64,000 nucleotides of DNA. Source: Squalus acanthias (lineage: Eukaryota). Positions 25,179-36,812 of the stretch are shown here, one piece after another (positions within the stretch are counted from its first letter, which is position 1; each line of letters starts with the position of its first letter). The notes under the pieces are model-generated. The model made no database searches, was not told the origin of the DNA, and saw only the letters and a program-made list of their open reading frames with translations. Location: the NCBI GenBank assembly GCA_030390025.1, contig CM059432.1:24306001-24370000 (forward strand), given 5' to 3'. Made by a program: the position numbers and the translations under genes.

Positions 25179-25998
25179 TGTAGAAAGTATATACAGTCCC
25201 TTAATTTTAATATTTCTTGAAATGCTTTGCCAGGCAAAAAGGTTTTACAAAGTGAAATAAAGTTGGTAAATGTAACAAGCAGTCTTTCACTGATAAGGCA
25301 GGAAACATGGTTGTGACTGCAGGGGGTAGTGATAGTCAACAGAGATAAACAAACCCTCTTAGCTTTGCAGACATGATAGCTTTCTCTGAGGTTAAAGGGG
25401 AGAAGTCAAACCTTTGAAGTTTTGAAATGCAGAATACGGCGTAACTCATGAACCGAACCAAGTGGTTTTCTGCCACCTTTGTAAACTTTAGGAGTGAATG
25501 AACAATTTTGGGCTGTGATAAGGATAAGCCACACAGGATGAGTTAATGTAAACATTTGACAGCTCAAACAGCTCAGACCAACATTAAAGGAACATTTCAC
25601 TATCTCTGAATGAATGATTTAATACAAAAGACAAGGAAAGCTGTATAAAGCACAGTAGCTAAAGAATATCAGCACTGCAGTCAGAAGAAGGTGGCTTGGC
25701 CAGTCATCTCGCCTACGAGGATCAAGCTGCAGTCAGAGGAAGAGGGGCCTGGCCAGTCTTTTCGCTTACGAGGACCTACAATCAACGCTGGACTGATCAT
25801 TGGCGGGTGGTTGTGTGTATGATTTCCTGTAATATTATTGGTGAACTGCTTGAATAGTGGTTGGGGTTTTGAATCTGTCTTAGGAACAATAAAAGGTTAA
25901 AGACAGAACCCGTGTGTCTGGTGTAATTTCTCATAATTCTCAAGTCCGAACTCTATAACCTGTTGGATGGGGCGAGGGGTAATTCCGCACGTCTTACA
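25179..25998 (+). mobile_element. Solo LTR (820 bp), Gypsy- or class I ERV-like
   Basis: TGTAGA...TCTTACA ends, 4-bp TSD GCTT (25175-25178, 25999-26002), TATAAA ~25644, AATAAA ~25888. Confidence 0.85.
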
Positions 25999-26913
25999 GC
26001 TTGCACGTGAAGGTGCCGGACGAAGGAGAAGGGCTGTTAGGGGTGATTGAGGAGTGGACCAGGGTGTCGCGGAGGGAGTGGTCCCTTCGGAATGCTGAAA
26101 GGGTGGGGAGGGGAAGATGTGTTTGGTGGTGGGATCACGCTGGAGGTGGCGGAAATGGCGGAGGATGATCCGTTGAATGTGGAGGCCGGTGGGGTGAAAG
26201 GTGAGGACAAGGGGAACCCTATCATGGTTCCGGGAGTGAGGGGAAGGGGTGAGAGCAGAAGTGCGGGAAATAGAATGGACACGGTCAAGGGCCGTGTCAA
26301 CCACAGTAGAAGGAAATCCTCGGTTGAGGAAAAAGGAAGACATGTCGGAAGCACTAGCATGGAAGGTGGCATCGTCAGAGCAGATGCGGCGGAGACGGAT
26401 AAACTGGGAGAATGGAATAGAGTCCTTACAGGAAGCGCAGTGGGAGGAAGTGTAGTCCAGATAGCTGTGGGAGTCAGTGGGCTTGTAGTGAATGTTTGTC
26501 AATAGCCTATCCCCAGAGATGGAGACAGAGAAGTAGAGGAAGGGAAGGGAAGAGTCGGAGATTGACCATGTGAAGGTGAGGGAAGAGTGGAAATTGGAAG
26601 CAAAGTGAATGAAATTTTCTAGTTCAGGGTGAGAGCAGGAAACAGCACTGATCCAGTCATCAATGTACCGGAAAAAAAGGTGAGGGAGGGGACCCGAGTA
26701 GGACTGGAACAAAGAATGTTCTACATATCCCACGAAAAGGCAGGCATAGCTAGGACCCATGTGGGTTCCCATAGCAACACCTTTAATTTGGAGGAAGTGA
26801 GTGGAGTCAAAGGAGAATCCTATCACAGACCTTCCCTTTTGTTCTTTCCTCCCCTCCCCCCTTTCCCTGCCCCTACACTTGCTTAAAAACCTGTTCCATC
26901 TCCAGCTTTTTCC

Positions 26914-26950
26914 ATTTCTGACGAAGGGTCATCGACCTGAAACGTTAACT
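26914..26950 (+). ncRNA. Hammerhead ribozyme motif in the inverted pLTR
   Basis: CTGACGA-AGGGTCATCGACCT-GAAA-CGTTAACT. Confidence 0.6.
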
Positions 26951-27184
26951 CTGTTTCTCTCTCCACAGATGCTGCCTGAGCTGCTGAGTATTTCCAGCAT
27001 TTTCTGTTTTTATTTCAGCAAGCTATTTTGCTACTTGTCCCCTGACTTGGCATTCTCTCTGACCTTGTTCATCAGTCCATTATGGGGTACCTTATTGAAG
27101 GCCTTCTGAAAATCTAGATAAATTACTACTACTGCATTACCATTGTCTACTCTCTCTGTTAACCCTTCAATATCTGAATAAGAT

Positions 27185-27643
27185 ACAACAGCTTGATTGG
27201 CACCCTATCCACCACCTTAAACATTCACTCCCTCCACCACCGGCGTACCGTGGCTGCAGTGTGTACCGTGGCTGCAGTGTGTACCGTCTACAAGATGCAC
27301 TGCAGCAACTCGCCAAGGCTTCTTCGGCAGCTCCTCCCAAACCCGTGACCTCTTCCATTGAGAAGGACAAGGGCAGCAGGCGCATGGGAACACCACCACC
27401 TCCAGGTTCCCCACCAAGTCACACACCATCCTGACTTAGAAGTATATCGCCGATCCTTCATCGTCGCTGGGTCAAAATCCTGGAACTCCCTCCCTAACAG
27501 CACTGTTGGGAGTACCTTCACCACACGGACTGCAGCGGTTCAAGAAGGTGGCTCACCACCACCTTCTCAAGGGCAATTATGGATGGGCAATAAATGCTGG
27601 CCTTGCCAGTGACGCCCACATCCCATAAATGGATTAAAAAAAA
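27185..27643 (+). mobile_element. Zenon-like LINE 3' fragment
   Basis: Family 3' end with A tail; internal 18-bp duplication GTACCGTGGCTGCAGTGT. Confidence 0.85.
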
Positions 27644-27649
27644 CTGGTA

Positions 27650-28251
27650 CAGGAAACTCTTTATTAACCGGCACCGACGGGACCGGCGTGGTGCCGGTTA
27701 ATCAAAAAGTCCGGATAACGGAGAGTTATATCTCCCAAGGGTGGTGAACCTGTGGAACTCATTGCCACAGAGGGCAGTGTACGCCAGCTCATTAAATATA
27801 TTTAAGAGGGAATTAGATATATTTCTACAGGCAAAAGGGGTTAAGGGTTACGGAGAGAAGGCGGGGACGGGATACTGAATTGAAGGATCAGCCATGATCT
27901 CATTAAATGGCGGAGCAGGCTCGAAGGGCCGGATGGCCTACTCCTGCTCCTATCTTCTATGTATCTATGTATCTAACGTATGAGAGCCCCATACACACTG
28001 ACATACGCCTGCATTCGGAGCTCCGTCTCCCCGGGGACCGCCAGCTGACCTTCTGTCGTGTCCGCTGCCTACCCGGGCTGCACATTCCCCTCCCAATCTA
28101 CATGCTCCGATACAAGGCAAACGCCTCGGGGTCTTTTTTAAAGTTATTTTTAAAGGAGAGATGAAGGAAATCCCCGGTTACCTACTCAAGAATTTTGCCG
28201 GTTAAGAGAGATTTCCGGTCATTTGGGTGCCAGTTAAAAGAGAGTTTCCTG
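27650..28251. mobile_element. Tc1/mariner-pogo (Tigger-like) MITE containing a CR1 3' fragment (~27730-27980, +)
   Basis: TA flanks; TIRs CAGGAAACTCTTTATTAACCGGCACC / GGTGCCAGTTAAAAGAGAGTTTCCTG. Confidence 0.85.
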
Positions 28252-28554
28252 TATTTACTCCTAAAGGACAAGAGCTCTACTTGTATACTTAAACAACAAG
28301 AGAAGTGAGAGATAGTATAAAGCTAAAAGAAAGGTACAACTGGAGGTTGCAGCAGTATGTATACACACAGCATAGGCACAATGGTTTCTGTGCTTTGGTG
28401 CCAGGGCTAGGGTGCGATCTGTGGAGGACAGAGATGTGGGGGTGGATCAGTACTGTGGAAATGATCATGATTAGGAATCAAGTAGTATTTATGTAAAATA
28501 CTTTGAGATTTAATGGGTAGGGTAGAGTCCATTGTATTATAGACTGAATATAAT

Positions 28555-28738
28555 GGCCCTAGAACTCTGCGTGATTATGCCAGGATTGTGGCTGATGGCA
28601 CCCCCTAGCAATGAACCCGCAGATGTCTGTGTGGCGTCAGTGGGACAGCACCTCATTAGAATGCAGCAGGTGGGTGCAAACGCCACTTTGGTGTATCTCT
28701 GGTGCCCATCTGCCCCATGTCAACTGAAACTCCGGCCC
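28555..28738. mobile_element. Small degenerate Harbinger-type MITE
   Basis: GGCCCTAGAACTCT ... GAAACTCCGGCCC; flanks AAT / AGT. Confidence 0.4.
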
Positions 28739-29209
28739 AGTTCCACCCTTGCGGAGGGTGACTCAAGCCTGCCCTACAGACCCCAGCAAGCGCCCTATCG
28801 ATCAGTAAAGCAAGGCAGCCAATCTGATGACATTTAAAATAAAAACTTGAATGATTTGGAAGTCTAGGCCTCTTCTTTGATGTGGATCCTATTAGTGGGG
28901 CCTATATTTGCCTTCCAGAGACCTGTAGCTTCCACTCACTGAGCATAATAGCTACCACACAAATACCTCTTCCCTGCTGAGAAGCAGAAGTGGGAACTCA
29001 TGTCTTAGAGAACCCACCCAATTTTCTGATGTTCACTGTGCCCAAGTGATTCAGTGCTTAGATCCAGAAAAAGCTCTCTGAATTTGTGTAAAGAGTGGGC
29101 TTGATGGCCCAAGTGGCCTATCCTCATACCTTATTTGCTTCTTTTCTTAAAAGTTTTATTTTTAAAGTTTTACTTATACAGCCATACCAGGACAGCTCTC
29201 TAATATTGG

Positions 29210-29301
29210 TTCGGATGAAAGGTCATCGACCTGAAACGTTAACTTTGTTTCTCTCTCCACAGATGCTGCCTGATCTGATTTCCTTCATTTTCTGTTTTTA
29301 A
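29210..29301 (+). mobile_element. ~92-bp Penelope family A pLTR insertion beginning at the hammerhead core
   Basis: CGGATGA-AAGGTCATCGACCT-GAAACGTT; flanked by CTCTAATATYGG at 29198-29209 and 29302-29313. Confidence 0.7.
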
Positions 29302-29584
29302 CTCTAATATCGGAGCTTTCTAACAAGTCATTCTTGGAATGTGGGCATTGCTGGCAAAGCCAGCATTTATTGCCCATCCCTAGTTGCCCTTGAGAAGGTG
29401 GTGGTGCATTGTTTGTGTGTGTGGTGAAGGTGCTCCCAAAGTGCTAACAAGTAGGGACTTCCAGGATTTTGACCCAGCGACAATGAAGGAATGGTGATAT
29501 ATGTCCAAATTGGGATACTGCGTCATTTGGAGGGGAACTTGGAGGTGATACTGTTAACATGCACCTGCTGCCTTTGTCCTTCCA

Positions 29585-30663
29585 AAAGTGAGAAGTCGCA
29601 CAACACCAGGTTATAGTCCAACAGTTTTATTTGAAATCACAAGCTTTCGGAGCGGCTGCTCCTTCGTCAGGTGAAGTGAAGGAATACGAATCGGCAAAGC
29701 ATATATAGACAGAGAACAATGCCTGTGCAGCGTACAATGTCAGACGACTACATTTAATCCTCCTGACTGCCTTTCGTCACACCTCGGCAGAGAAACAATC
29801 AGGTCAGCCAGGAAGGCACCACATCAAAGACATAGCAAGATACAACTGAGACAATGAGGTGGGGTCACAGGGGGTCTAATGTGTCAAATGCTGCAGTCTG
29901 TATGGAAAACCATAAACTTTAAAATGTTTACTTTTTTTTTTACTGGAAATCACATCTGTGAACAAGCCAACGACGACTCGAGTCTGGATGACTCTATGTC
30001 ATGTAGCGTGACATGAACCCAAGATCCCGGTTGAGGCCGTCCTCATGAGTGCGGAACTTGGCTATCAGTTTCTGCTCGATGATTTTGCGTTGTCGTGTGT
30101 CTCGAAGGCCACCTTGGAGAACGCTTACCCGCAGATCCGAGCAGAAACTGATAGCCAAGTTCCGCACTCATGAGGACGGCCTCAACCGGGATCTTGGGTT
30201 CATGTCATGCTACATGTCGTAGAGTCATCCAGACTCGAGTCGTCATTGGCTTGTTCACAGATGTGATTTCCAGTAAAAAAAAAGTAAAAATTTTAAAGTT
30301 TATGGTTTTCCATACAGACTGCAGCATTTGACACATTAGACCCCCTGTGACCCCACCTCATTGTCTCAGTTGTATCTTGCTATGTCTTTGATGTGGTGCC
30401 TTCCTGGCTGACCTGATTGTTTCTCTGCCGAGGTGTGACGAAAGGCAGTCAGGAGGATTAAATGTAGTCGTCTGACATTGTACGCTACACATGCATTGTT
30501 CTCTGTCTATATATGCTTTGCCGATTCGTATTCCTTCACTTCACCTGACGAAGGGGCAGCAGCTCCGAAAGCTTGTGATTTCAAATAAAACTGTTGGACT
30601 ATAACCTGGTGTTGTGCGACTCCTCACTTTTGTCCACCCCAGTCCAACACCGGCATCTCCGCA
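29585..30663. mobile_element. Palindromic Penelope family B insertion (two ~493-bp inverted arms, 59-bp spacer, ~32-bp tail)
   Basis: Left arm plus spacer encodes GIY-YIG end ...QRKIIEQKLIAKFRTHEDGLNRDLGFMSRY on -; TSD CTTTGTCCTTCCA at 29572-29584 and 30664-30676. Confidence 0.92.
30541..30578 (+). ncRNA. Hammerhead ribozyme motif (mirror copy on - at 29637-29674)
   Basis: TCAC-CTGACGA-A-GGGGC AGCA GCTCC-GAAA-GCTT-GTGA. Confidence 0.7.
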
Positions 30664-31229
30664 CTTTGTCCTTCCAGGTGGTGGAGGTCATGGGTTTGGG
30701 AGGTGCTGCCGAAGTAGCCTAAGGGAGTTGCAGTGCATCCTGCAGATAGTACACACTGCAGCCAAGGTGCACCAGTGGAGGAAGGGGTGAATGTTTAGGC
30801 TAGTGGGTGAAGTGCCAATCAAGTGGGATGCTTTTTCCTGGATGGTATTGAGCTTCTTGAGTGTTGTTGCAGCTGCACCCATCCAGGCAAGTGGAGAGTA
30901 TTCCATTACACTCCTGACTTGTGCATTGCAATTGATGGAGAGGCTTTGGTGAGTCAGTGAGCCACTCACCTTAGAATACTCAACCTCTGACCTGCTCTAC
31001 TCATCACGGCATTTATGTGGCTGGATCAGGTCAGTTTCTGGTCAATGATTATCTCCAGGATGTTTATGGTGGAGGACTCGGCAATGGTAATGCCATTGAA
31101 TGCCAAGGGGAGGTGGTTAGACTCTCTCTTGTTGGAGATGGTTATTTCCTGGCACTTGTGTGGCGCAAATATTTTTTAACACTTATCAGCCCAAGTTACC
31201 AAGTCTTGTGTTCGATATATCCTGGAAAA

Positions 31230-31663
31230 AAGAAAAGAAAGAAAGAACTTGCATTTATATACTGCTTTTCATGATCTCGGGACATCGCAAACTGCTTTAC
31301 AGCCAATGATCACTATTGTAATGCAGGAAATGTGGCAGCCGATTTGCACACAACAAGGTCTCACAAACAGCAATGTGTTAAATGACCCGATCATCTGTTT
31401 TAGTGGTGTTGGTTGAGGGATACATATTGGCCAGGACACCGAGGAGAACGTCACTGCTCTCTTTGAATAGTGTCATGGATCTTTTACATCCACATGAGAG
31501 CGCAGACGTTGGTTTAAGCTTTCATCCGAAATATGGCACCTCTGACAGTGCAGCACTCCCTCAATACTGCACTGGGAGGGTCAGCTAGATTATGTGCTCA
31601 AGACTCAGGAGTGGGGCTTTAACCCACAACCTTCTGTCTCAGAAGTGAGAGCCAAGGCTGACA
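31230..31663 (-). mobile_element. tRNA-derived Deu-domain SINE (SacSINE1-like)
   Basis: Head TGTCAGCCTTGGCTC...GTGGGTT, Deu-like core GAGGTGCCATATTTCGGATGA, L2-like tail TATATAAATGCAAGT. Confidence 0.8.
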
Positions 31664-31979
31664 CAAAGGCACAATGTTATACCATCCTGACTCAGGACCT
31701 TGCGGCCTCCTCTCAATTCTGAGACCGGCCTCAACTGTGCGATTCAACAGATAACCAAAATTCGACTTTTTTGGTTCTGATGATTAGTTTGTATTTTCTC
31801 ACGGACAATAGTAGTTGTTTTTAACTTGTTGGTAAGGCTAGAGATCCAAGGCTTGGTTTCTGGACCAAAAGTAGCTTGGATTTCACTAACTCCTTGTCCG
31901 CCCAGTCCAATCTAAGTGCGTCATCACTGGAAACATAGGCAGGTACAGGACCATAAAATGCTATTCCAGTCCATTACCC

Positions 31980-32215
31980 TTAGGTGTCCAAGCCCTAAGC
32001 TCGGGAATTCCCTCCCCAAACCTCTTCGCTTCTCCTCCTCTCTCTCCTCCTTTAAGGTGCTGCTTAAAATGTACCTCTTTGACCAAGCATTTGGTCACTT
32101 GTCCTAATGTCTCCTTCTTTGGCTCAGTGTCAATTTTTGTCTGATTACCCTCCTGTGGAGCGCTTGGGACATTTTACTGTGTTAATAATGTAATATAAAT
32201 GCAAGTTGTTATTAC
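31980..32215 (+). mobile_element. L2 LINE 3' end
   Basis: FKVLLKMYLFDQAF and ATAAATGCAAGTTGTT tail. Confidence 0.8.
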
Positions 32216-32423
32216 TGGTTAAACAGTTGCATTATGTTTCCCCTACACCAAAATCATTATAAACAAATAGAATCAGAAATAGACTGTATACAGTGAAACA
32301 CAATAAACTAATGAAATTGTATTGCTCTTAACCTAACTACTCTACTGGCTGTCCTGGTTCTCTAAATAATGTCAATAGCATCAATTACAATTAAATACAT
32401 GACATATAATCAATATCAGTTAC

Positions 32424-33482
32424 CAACAACAACAACAACTTGTATTTATATAGCACCTTTAACATAGTAAAACATCCCAAGGCGCTGCACAGGAGTATTA
32501 TAAGACAACAAATTTGACACCGAGCCACATAAGGAGAAATTAGGGCAGGTGACCAAAAGCTTGGTCAAAGAGGTAGGTTTTAAGGAGCATCTTAAAGGAG
32601 GAAAGAGAGGTAGCGAGGCGGCGAGGATTAGGCAGGGAATTCCAGAGCTTAGGGCCTAGGCAACAGAAGGCACGGCCACCAATGGTTGAGCGATTATAAT
32701 CAGGGATGCTTAAGAGGGCAGAATTAGAGGAGCGCCGATATCTCGGGGGGCTGTGGGGCTGAAGGAGATTACAGAGATAGGGAGGGGCGAGGCCATGGAG
32801 GGATTTGAAAACAAGGATGAGAATTTTGAAATCGAGGCGCTGCTTAACCAGGAGCCAATTTAGGTCAGTGAGCACAGGGGTGATGGGCGAACGGGACTTG
32901 GTGCAATTTAGGAAATGGGCAGCCGAGTTTTGGATGACCTCAAGTTTACATAGGGTAGAATGTGGGAGGCCAGCCAGGAGTGCATTTGAATAGTCAAGTC
33001 TAGAGGTAACAAAGGCATGGATGCGGGTTTCAGCAGCGGATGAGCTGAGACAAGGGCAGAGACAGGCGATGTTACGGAGGTGGAAGTAGGCGGTCTTTGT
33101 TATGCTGCGGATATGTGGTCGGAAGCTCATTTTAGGGTCAAATATGACACCAAGGTTGCGAACAGTGTGGTTCAGCCTCAGACAGATGTTAGGGAGAGGG
33201 ATGGAGTCAGTGGCTAGGGAACGGAGTTTGTGATGGGGACCGAAAACAATGGCTTCGGTCTTCCCAATATTTAATTGGAGAAAATTTCTGCTCATCCAGA
33301 ACTGGATGTCGGACAAGCAGTCTGACAATTTAGAGACTGTGGAGGGGTCGAGAGAAGAAATAGTAAGGCAGAGCTGGGTGTCGTCAGCGTACATGTGGAA
33401 ACTGATGCTGTGTTTTCGGATGATGTCGCCAAGGGGCAACATGTAGATGAGAAATAGGAGGGGCCCAAGGATAGATCCAAGG
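32424..33482 (-). mobile_element. L2 LINE 3' part with open 300-aa RT C-terminus (32540-33442)
   Basis: YADDTQL, HAFVTSRLDYSN, FKMLLKTYLF; (GTT)n tail. Confidence 0.92.
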
Positions 33483-33719
33483 TAATATGTCTTACTGTTG
33501 TCATTAGAGCAGAGTTTTGAAAGGGATTTCTACATTATCAAAATTCTTACGTCGAGCGCTCATTGCATCATGCCTTTCAAAAGGGTCATACTTCAGTGTG
33601 TCACATGTGATGAGGCAAAAATTAGTGAGTGGCTGAAATGAGGACTTATCTATGAAATTGGCAATCAAATATCTGATTGATTAAACTTTAATAAAATCAT
33701 TAACTACCAACAATAACAT

Positions 33720-33870
33720 AATAACAACCATTACTGTTTGTAGGAACTTGTTGTGTGCAAATTTACTGATGTGGTTCCCTACATTGTAACAGCGACTACA
33801 CTTAAAAGAAAATAATTGGCTGTGAATTATTTGGGACATCCTGAGGCCATGAAAAGCGCTATATAAATAT
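33720..33870 (+). mobile_element. Deu-SINE 3' fragment
   Basis: Matches the tail of the 31230 and 37535 copies. Confidence 0.65.
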
Positions 33871-34750
33871 ATATCACCTAATTTCTGGAGATTCAGGGGC
33901 CACACTTTAATTGTGTTTGTTTCCATTTGGTTCCTTTGGTCCCTTTCCCATCTAAAAACATCTTCTGAGCCTCTTCAGCTGTGTCTTCTCTCCAGTGCCA
34001 CCTGTTCGCTGCCTGACTGTTCTAGTTCTCACCACTGCTGTCATACAAAAACATTGGTGAGGGAGTCCATTAATGGAGGGAAAATCATGGACTGCCAAGC
34101 CACAATCTCCTGAGAGGTGATCCCCCCGGACATCGGATTGTGCACAGTTTGGATTCAGGGAGAAGGATGAGTATGTCGCACAATATACATGGGGCTTAGG
34201 AGGAACGGAAGAGGAGCAATGACCATAGAACTAATTATAATAAAAATAGATAGCACTTAGGAGCGTTATTTATCAATAATTACTGTAAAATCTGGTGTAT
34301 TATCTGCACAGATATAATAATTGCACCCAAGGCTCACAAGTCTTGATTAAAGGGGTGACTTATGAATTGGATTTATGGTATGTCATTCATATTCAACTGA
34401 TTCTAACTGGATTAATTTATTGTTCATCCTGGGTGCAGCAGCTAAATGAACTAGTTAATTATGTTATAAATGAAACAGTGAACAAAGCCATTGCCATAAA
34501 TTTAAATGGCAAAGTTTAAAAGACCTTTCTTCTTGGTATAGGGAAAATCCGACAATACTGAGTAATTACATTCTGCAAATCAATGTCTTGTCTTCCCTTT
34601 TGTTGAACCTATTTGCTCAACCAGTGCAATTATCGATTGTCCTAAGGGGGCAGTTAACTGTTTAACTTCCAAATAGCAAAGAATTCAAGTTTATGAAATC
34701 AAAAATAATATACCAAAAATTCATTGCACTTTCGGCCAGTGACATATAAT

Positions 34751-35510
34751 GGGCCGTATTTTGCGGCCCCTACGGGTGAGTACGAGGTGTGTACATACCC
34801 GTAGGGGCCGTACAAGTTCCGGGTTTAGGCAATCGAAGTGCATGCGCTGAAACCCAGAACTTGCGATATGTCAAGAATCTTCTTGACAGATCCCCGGGAG
34901 AAGGGCCTCTGCGGGTGTAGAGTTGCGCTATTTGCCCAACTTCTGCCCACTGAATGCCTGTGAAATTCTTACGCCTGGTAGAAACAGGCGTAAGACCTGC
35001 TTTTACTAGCATAAGAGTTTTAAAAAATTGAAAAATAACATTTTTTCACTCATTTATACATTAAAAACTCTGTCCAGTAAGGTAAGTTTATTTTTAGCCC
35101 TGTTGAAACATATACTTTTTTTTCCAAAAATTTAAATTTTTGTTTGAAATATTTAATTAAATGACATTTTAATTAATTTTAAATATTTAATTTAATTTTT
35201 TTTAAATTTCATGTGTACGTGTACTTTTTAAGTGATCCCCATTCATACTTACGGGGTTTCGGTATGTACGGAACTCCCATAAGTATGAGTGGGGATTCCC
35301 TTCTTTTATTGGTTGGGCTGGCCCACATGATCCCAGGGGCGTTTGCGAACCGCATGCACCCCTGGGATATGTGAGCCTCTGCCAGCGCGTACCAGGAGAG
35401 GCCCAGGAGCACGAGTCTCCATACCTCCCGGGCCACCAGATAAATTCATAGATTTTTTACAGGTCGGAGGCATCCATCCGCGGGAAGCCTCCGATCACAA
35501 ATTTTAGGCC
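34751..35510. mobile_element. Harbinger-type MITE (18760 family, reversed)
   Basis: GGGCCGTATTTTGCG ... CACAAATTTTAGGCC; flanks AAT / ATT. Confidence 0.85.
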
Positions 35511-35596
35511 ATTGTTTACATTGAAGTAAGCAATATTTCAATGTTTTGGTCCCTCCAAGTAAATCAAATATATCCAGCATCGCATACACCAAGGGC

Positions 35597-35822
35597 TATG
35601 TACTCATCCGGAGACGTCTACACATCCGGAGACGTCTACACATCCAGGGCCGTCTACACATCCAGGGCCGTCTACACATCCAGGGCCATCTACACTTCCA
35701 GGGCCATGTACACATCCAGGGCTGTCTACACTTCCAGGGTCTTGTACACTCCTGGGACATGCATGCAGCTAACGATGTGTACATCCAGGAAATGTATCTA
35801 ATTGGATGTACACATCCAGATA
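35597..35822. repeat. 18-bp minisatellite (TACACATCCAGGGCCGTC), ~9 units plus degenerate copies
   Basis: Direct reading of tandem units. Confidence 0.9.
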
Positions 35823-36182
35823 AAGTGAAAGTATTTTGCCTTCCTGTTATGGGAATTTGAAATTTGAATTTCAAAAAATCTTCCTTTCCAGATAAGCTTT
35901 TCTTTGTTACTGTCATATCTTTGGTGTCTCCTGGCTTCCTTAAGATTTCAGCATTCAGTCAGTTAAAGGAACCACGTTACCTTGAAAAATACATTTGGCA
36001 CTTTTTTTGGTTTTGTTTATAAACACACACAACGCAATGATGTAAATCGTATTGAAATGCATCATTCTAACACTTGTACCAATGCCATTCTGACAAAAAT
36101 GAGGCACTGGACATTTTGCTCTTCTCCTTCCCTTTTCCCCCAATAAAAGATCTGTTGCATTAATGTCCCCTTTATATTACAG

Positions 36183-36330
36183 GGCAGCTTCATGTAGCAG
36201 TAGTTCTGAAGTAGCTTTGGTTGCCAGTGCTGTGAAATCTGCCCGGTTAAAAAGGAGGCAGCACCAGCGGCAACGAAGGAACAAATCACAAATTTTACTT
36301 CCGGATGTTGGGTGCTTCCTGAAGGATTAG
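36183..36330 (+). CDS. Candidate terminal coding exon, gene unidentified
   Basis: cccctttatattacag| then open frame AASCSSSSEVALVASAVKSARLKRRQHQRQRRNKSQILLPDVGCFLKD* in non-repetitive DNA. Confidence 0.25.
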
Positions 36331-36651
36331 CAAAGTTCCAGACAGGACACCGGTGGGAAATCCACCACAAGCTTAGCACTGACCCTGCTTGCAGTGAGAA
36401 ATATTGATGGCTGGTGCTGTTGGCAGCACACTCTAACTTAGCTGTCTCAGGAGGTGATGGAGAATTCCACCTGCTTAGATGACTTTCGTCGCATCTGGAG
36501 GTGAAAGCATCAACTCATTTACTTAACAACACTGCAACTCAAATCAGGAACCCATCAGCGGAAGTGCTGTCATTTTAAAAGCGTGCCTAATTTTCTGCTC
36601 TTGGCCTAAGTTAAATAGACTGCTTACATCTGTATCATTTATGCCTTTCAG

Positions 36652-36812
36652 ATCATTTAGATCTTGACGTGTGTCATAAATCGCAAGTAACAACTCAGGA
36701 AGTACTACTGGGCGGCCAGCTGGGGCGCCGTCCAGGGAGTATAAATACTCAGGCATGGGCCCACCTTGGGCAGAGACAATCTGGAAACAGGAAGCTAGTG
36801 ACTGCTAACTAG
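36652..36812 (+). CDS. Candidate terminal coding exon, gene unidentified
   Basis: tttatgcctttcag| phase-1 frame HLDLDVCHKSQVTTQEVLLGG...RKLVTAN*, with ATTAAA downstream. Confidence 0.2.

Larger units (their letters stand above)
24385..27015 (-). mobile_element. Penelope-like element (family A) with inverted pLTR at its 5' end, interrupted by a solo LTR
   Basis: RT ORF 25897..26826 (YIDD), GIY-YIG ORF 24774..25103; 26817-27010 is the reverse complement of ~24405-24582. Confidence 0.92.
23270..27170 (-). mobile_element. CR1 LINE 3' part (23270-24384 and 27016-27170) split by a Penelope
   Basis: ORFs 23661..24164 and 23380..23661; closely similar to the + copy at 20030-21240. Confidence 0.9.
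29325..31200 (-). mobile_element. Zenon-like LINE split by the palindromic Penelope
   Basis: ORF 30688..30969 AQVRSVMEYSPLAW; sequence is continuous across the 13-bp TSD. Confidence 0.85.

Noticed and set aside
33981..34200. Possible exon in unique sequence
   Set aside because: All frames close quickly and no recognisable peptide emerges.
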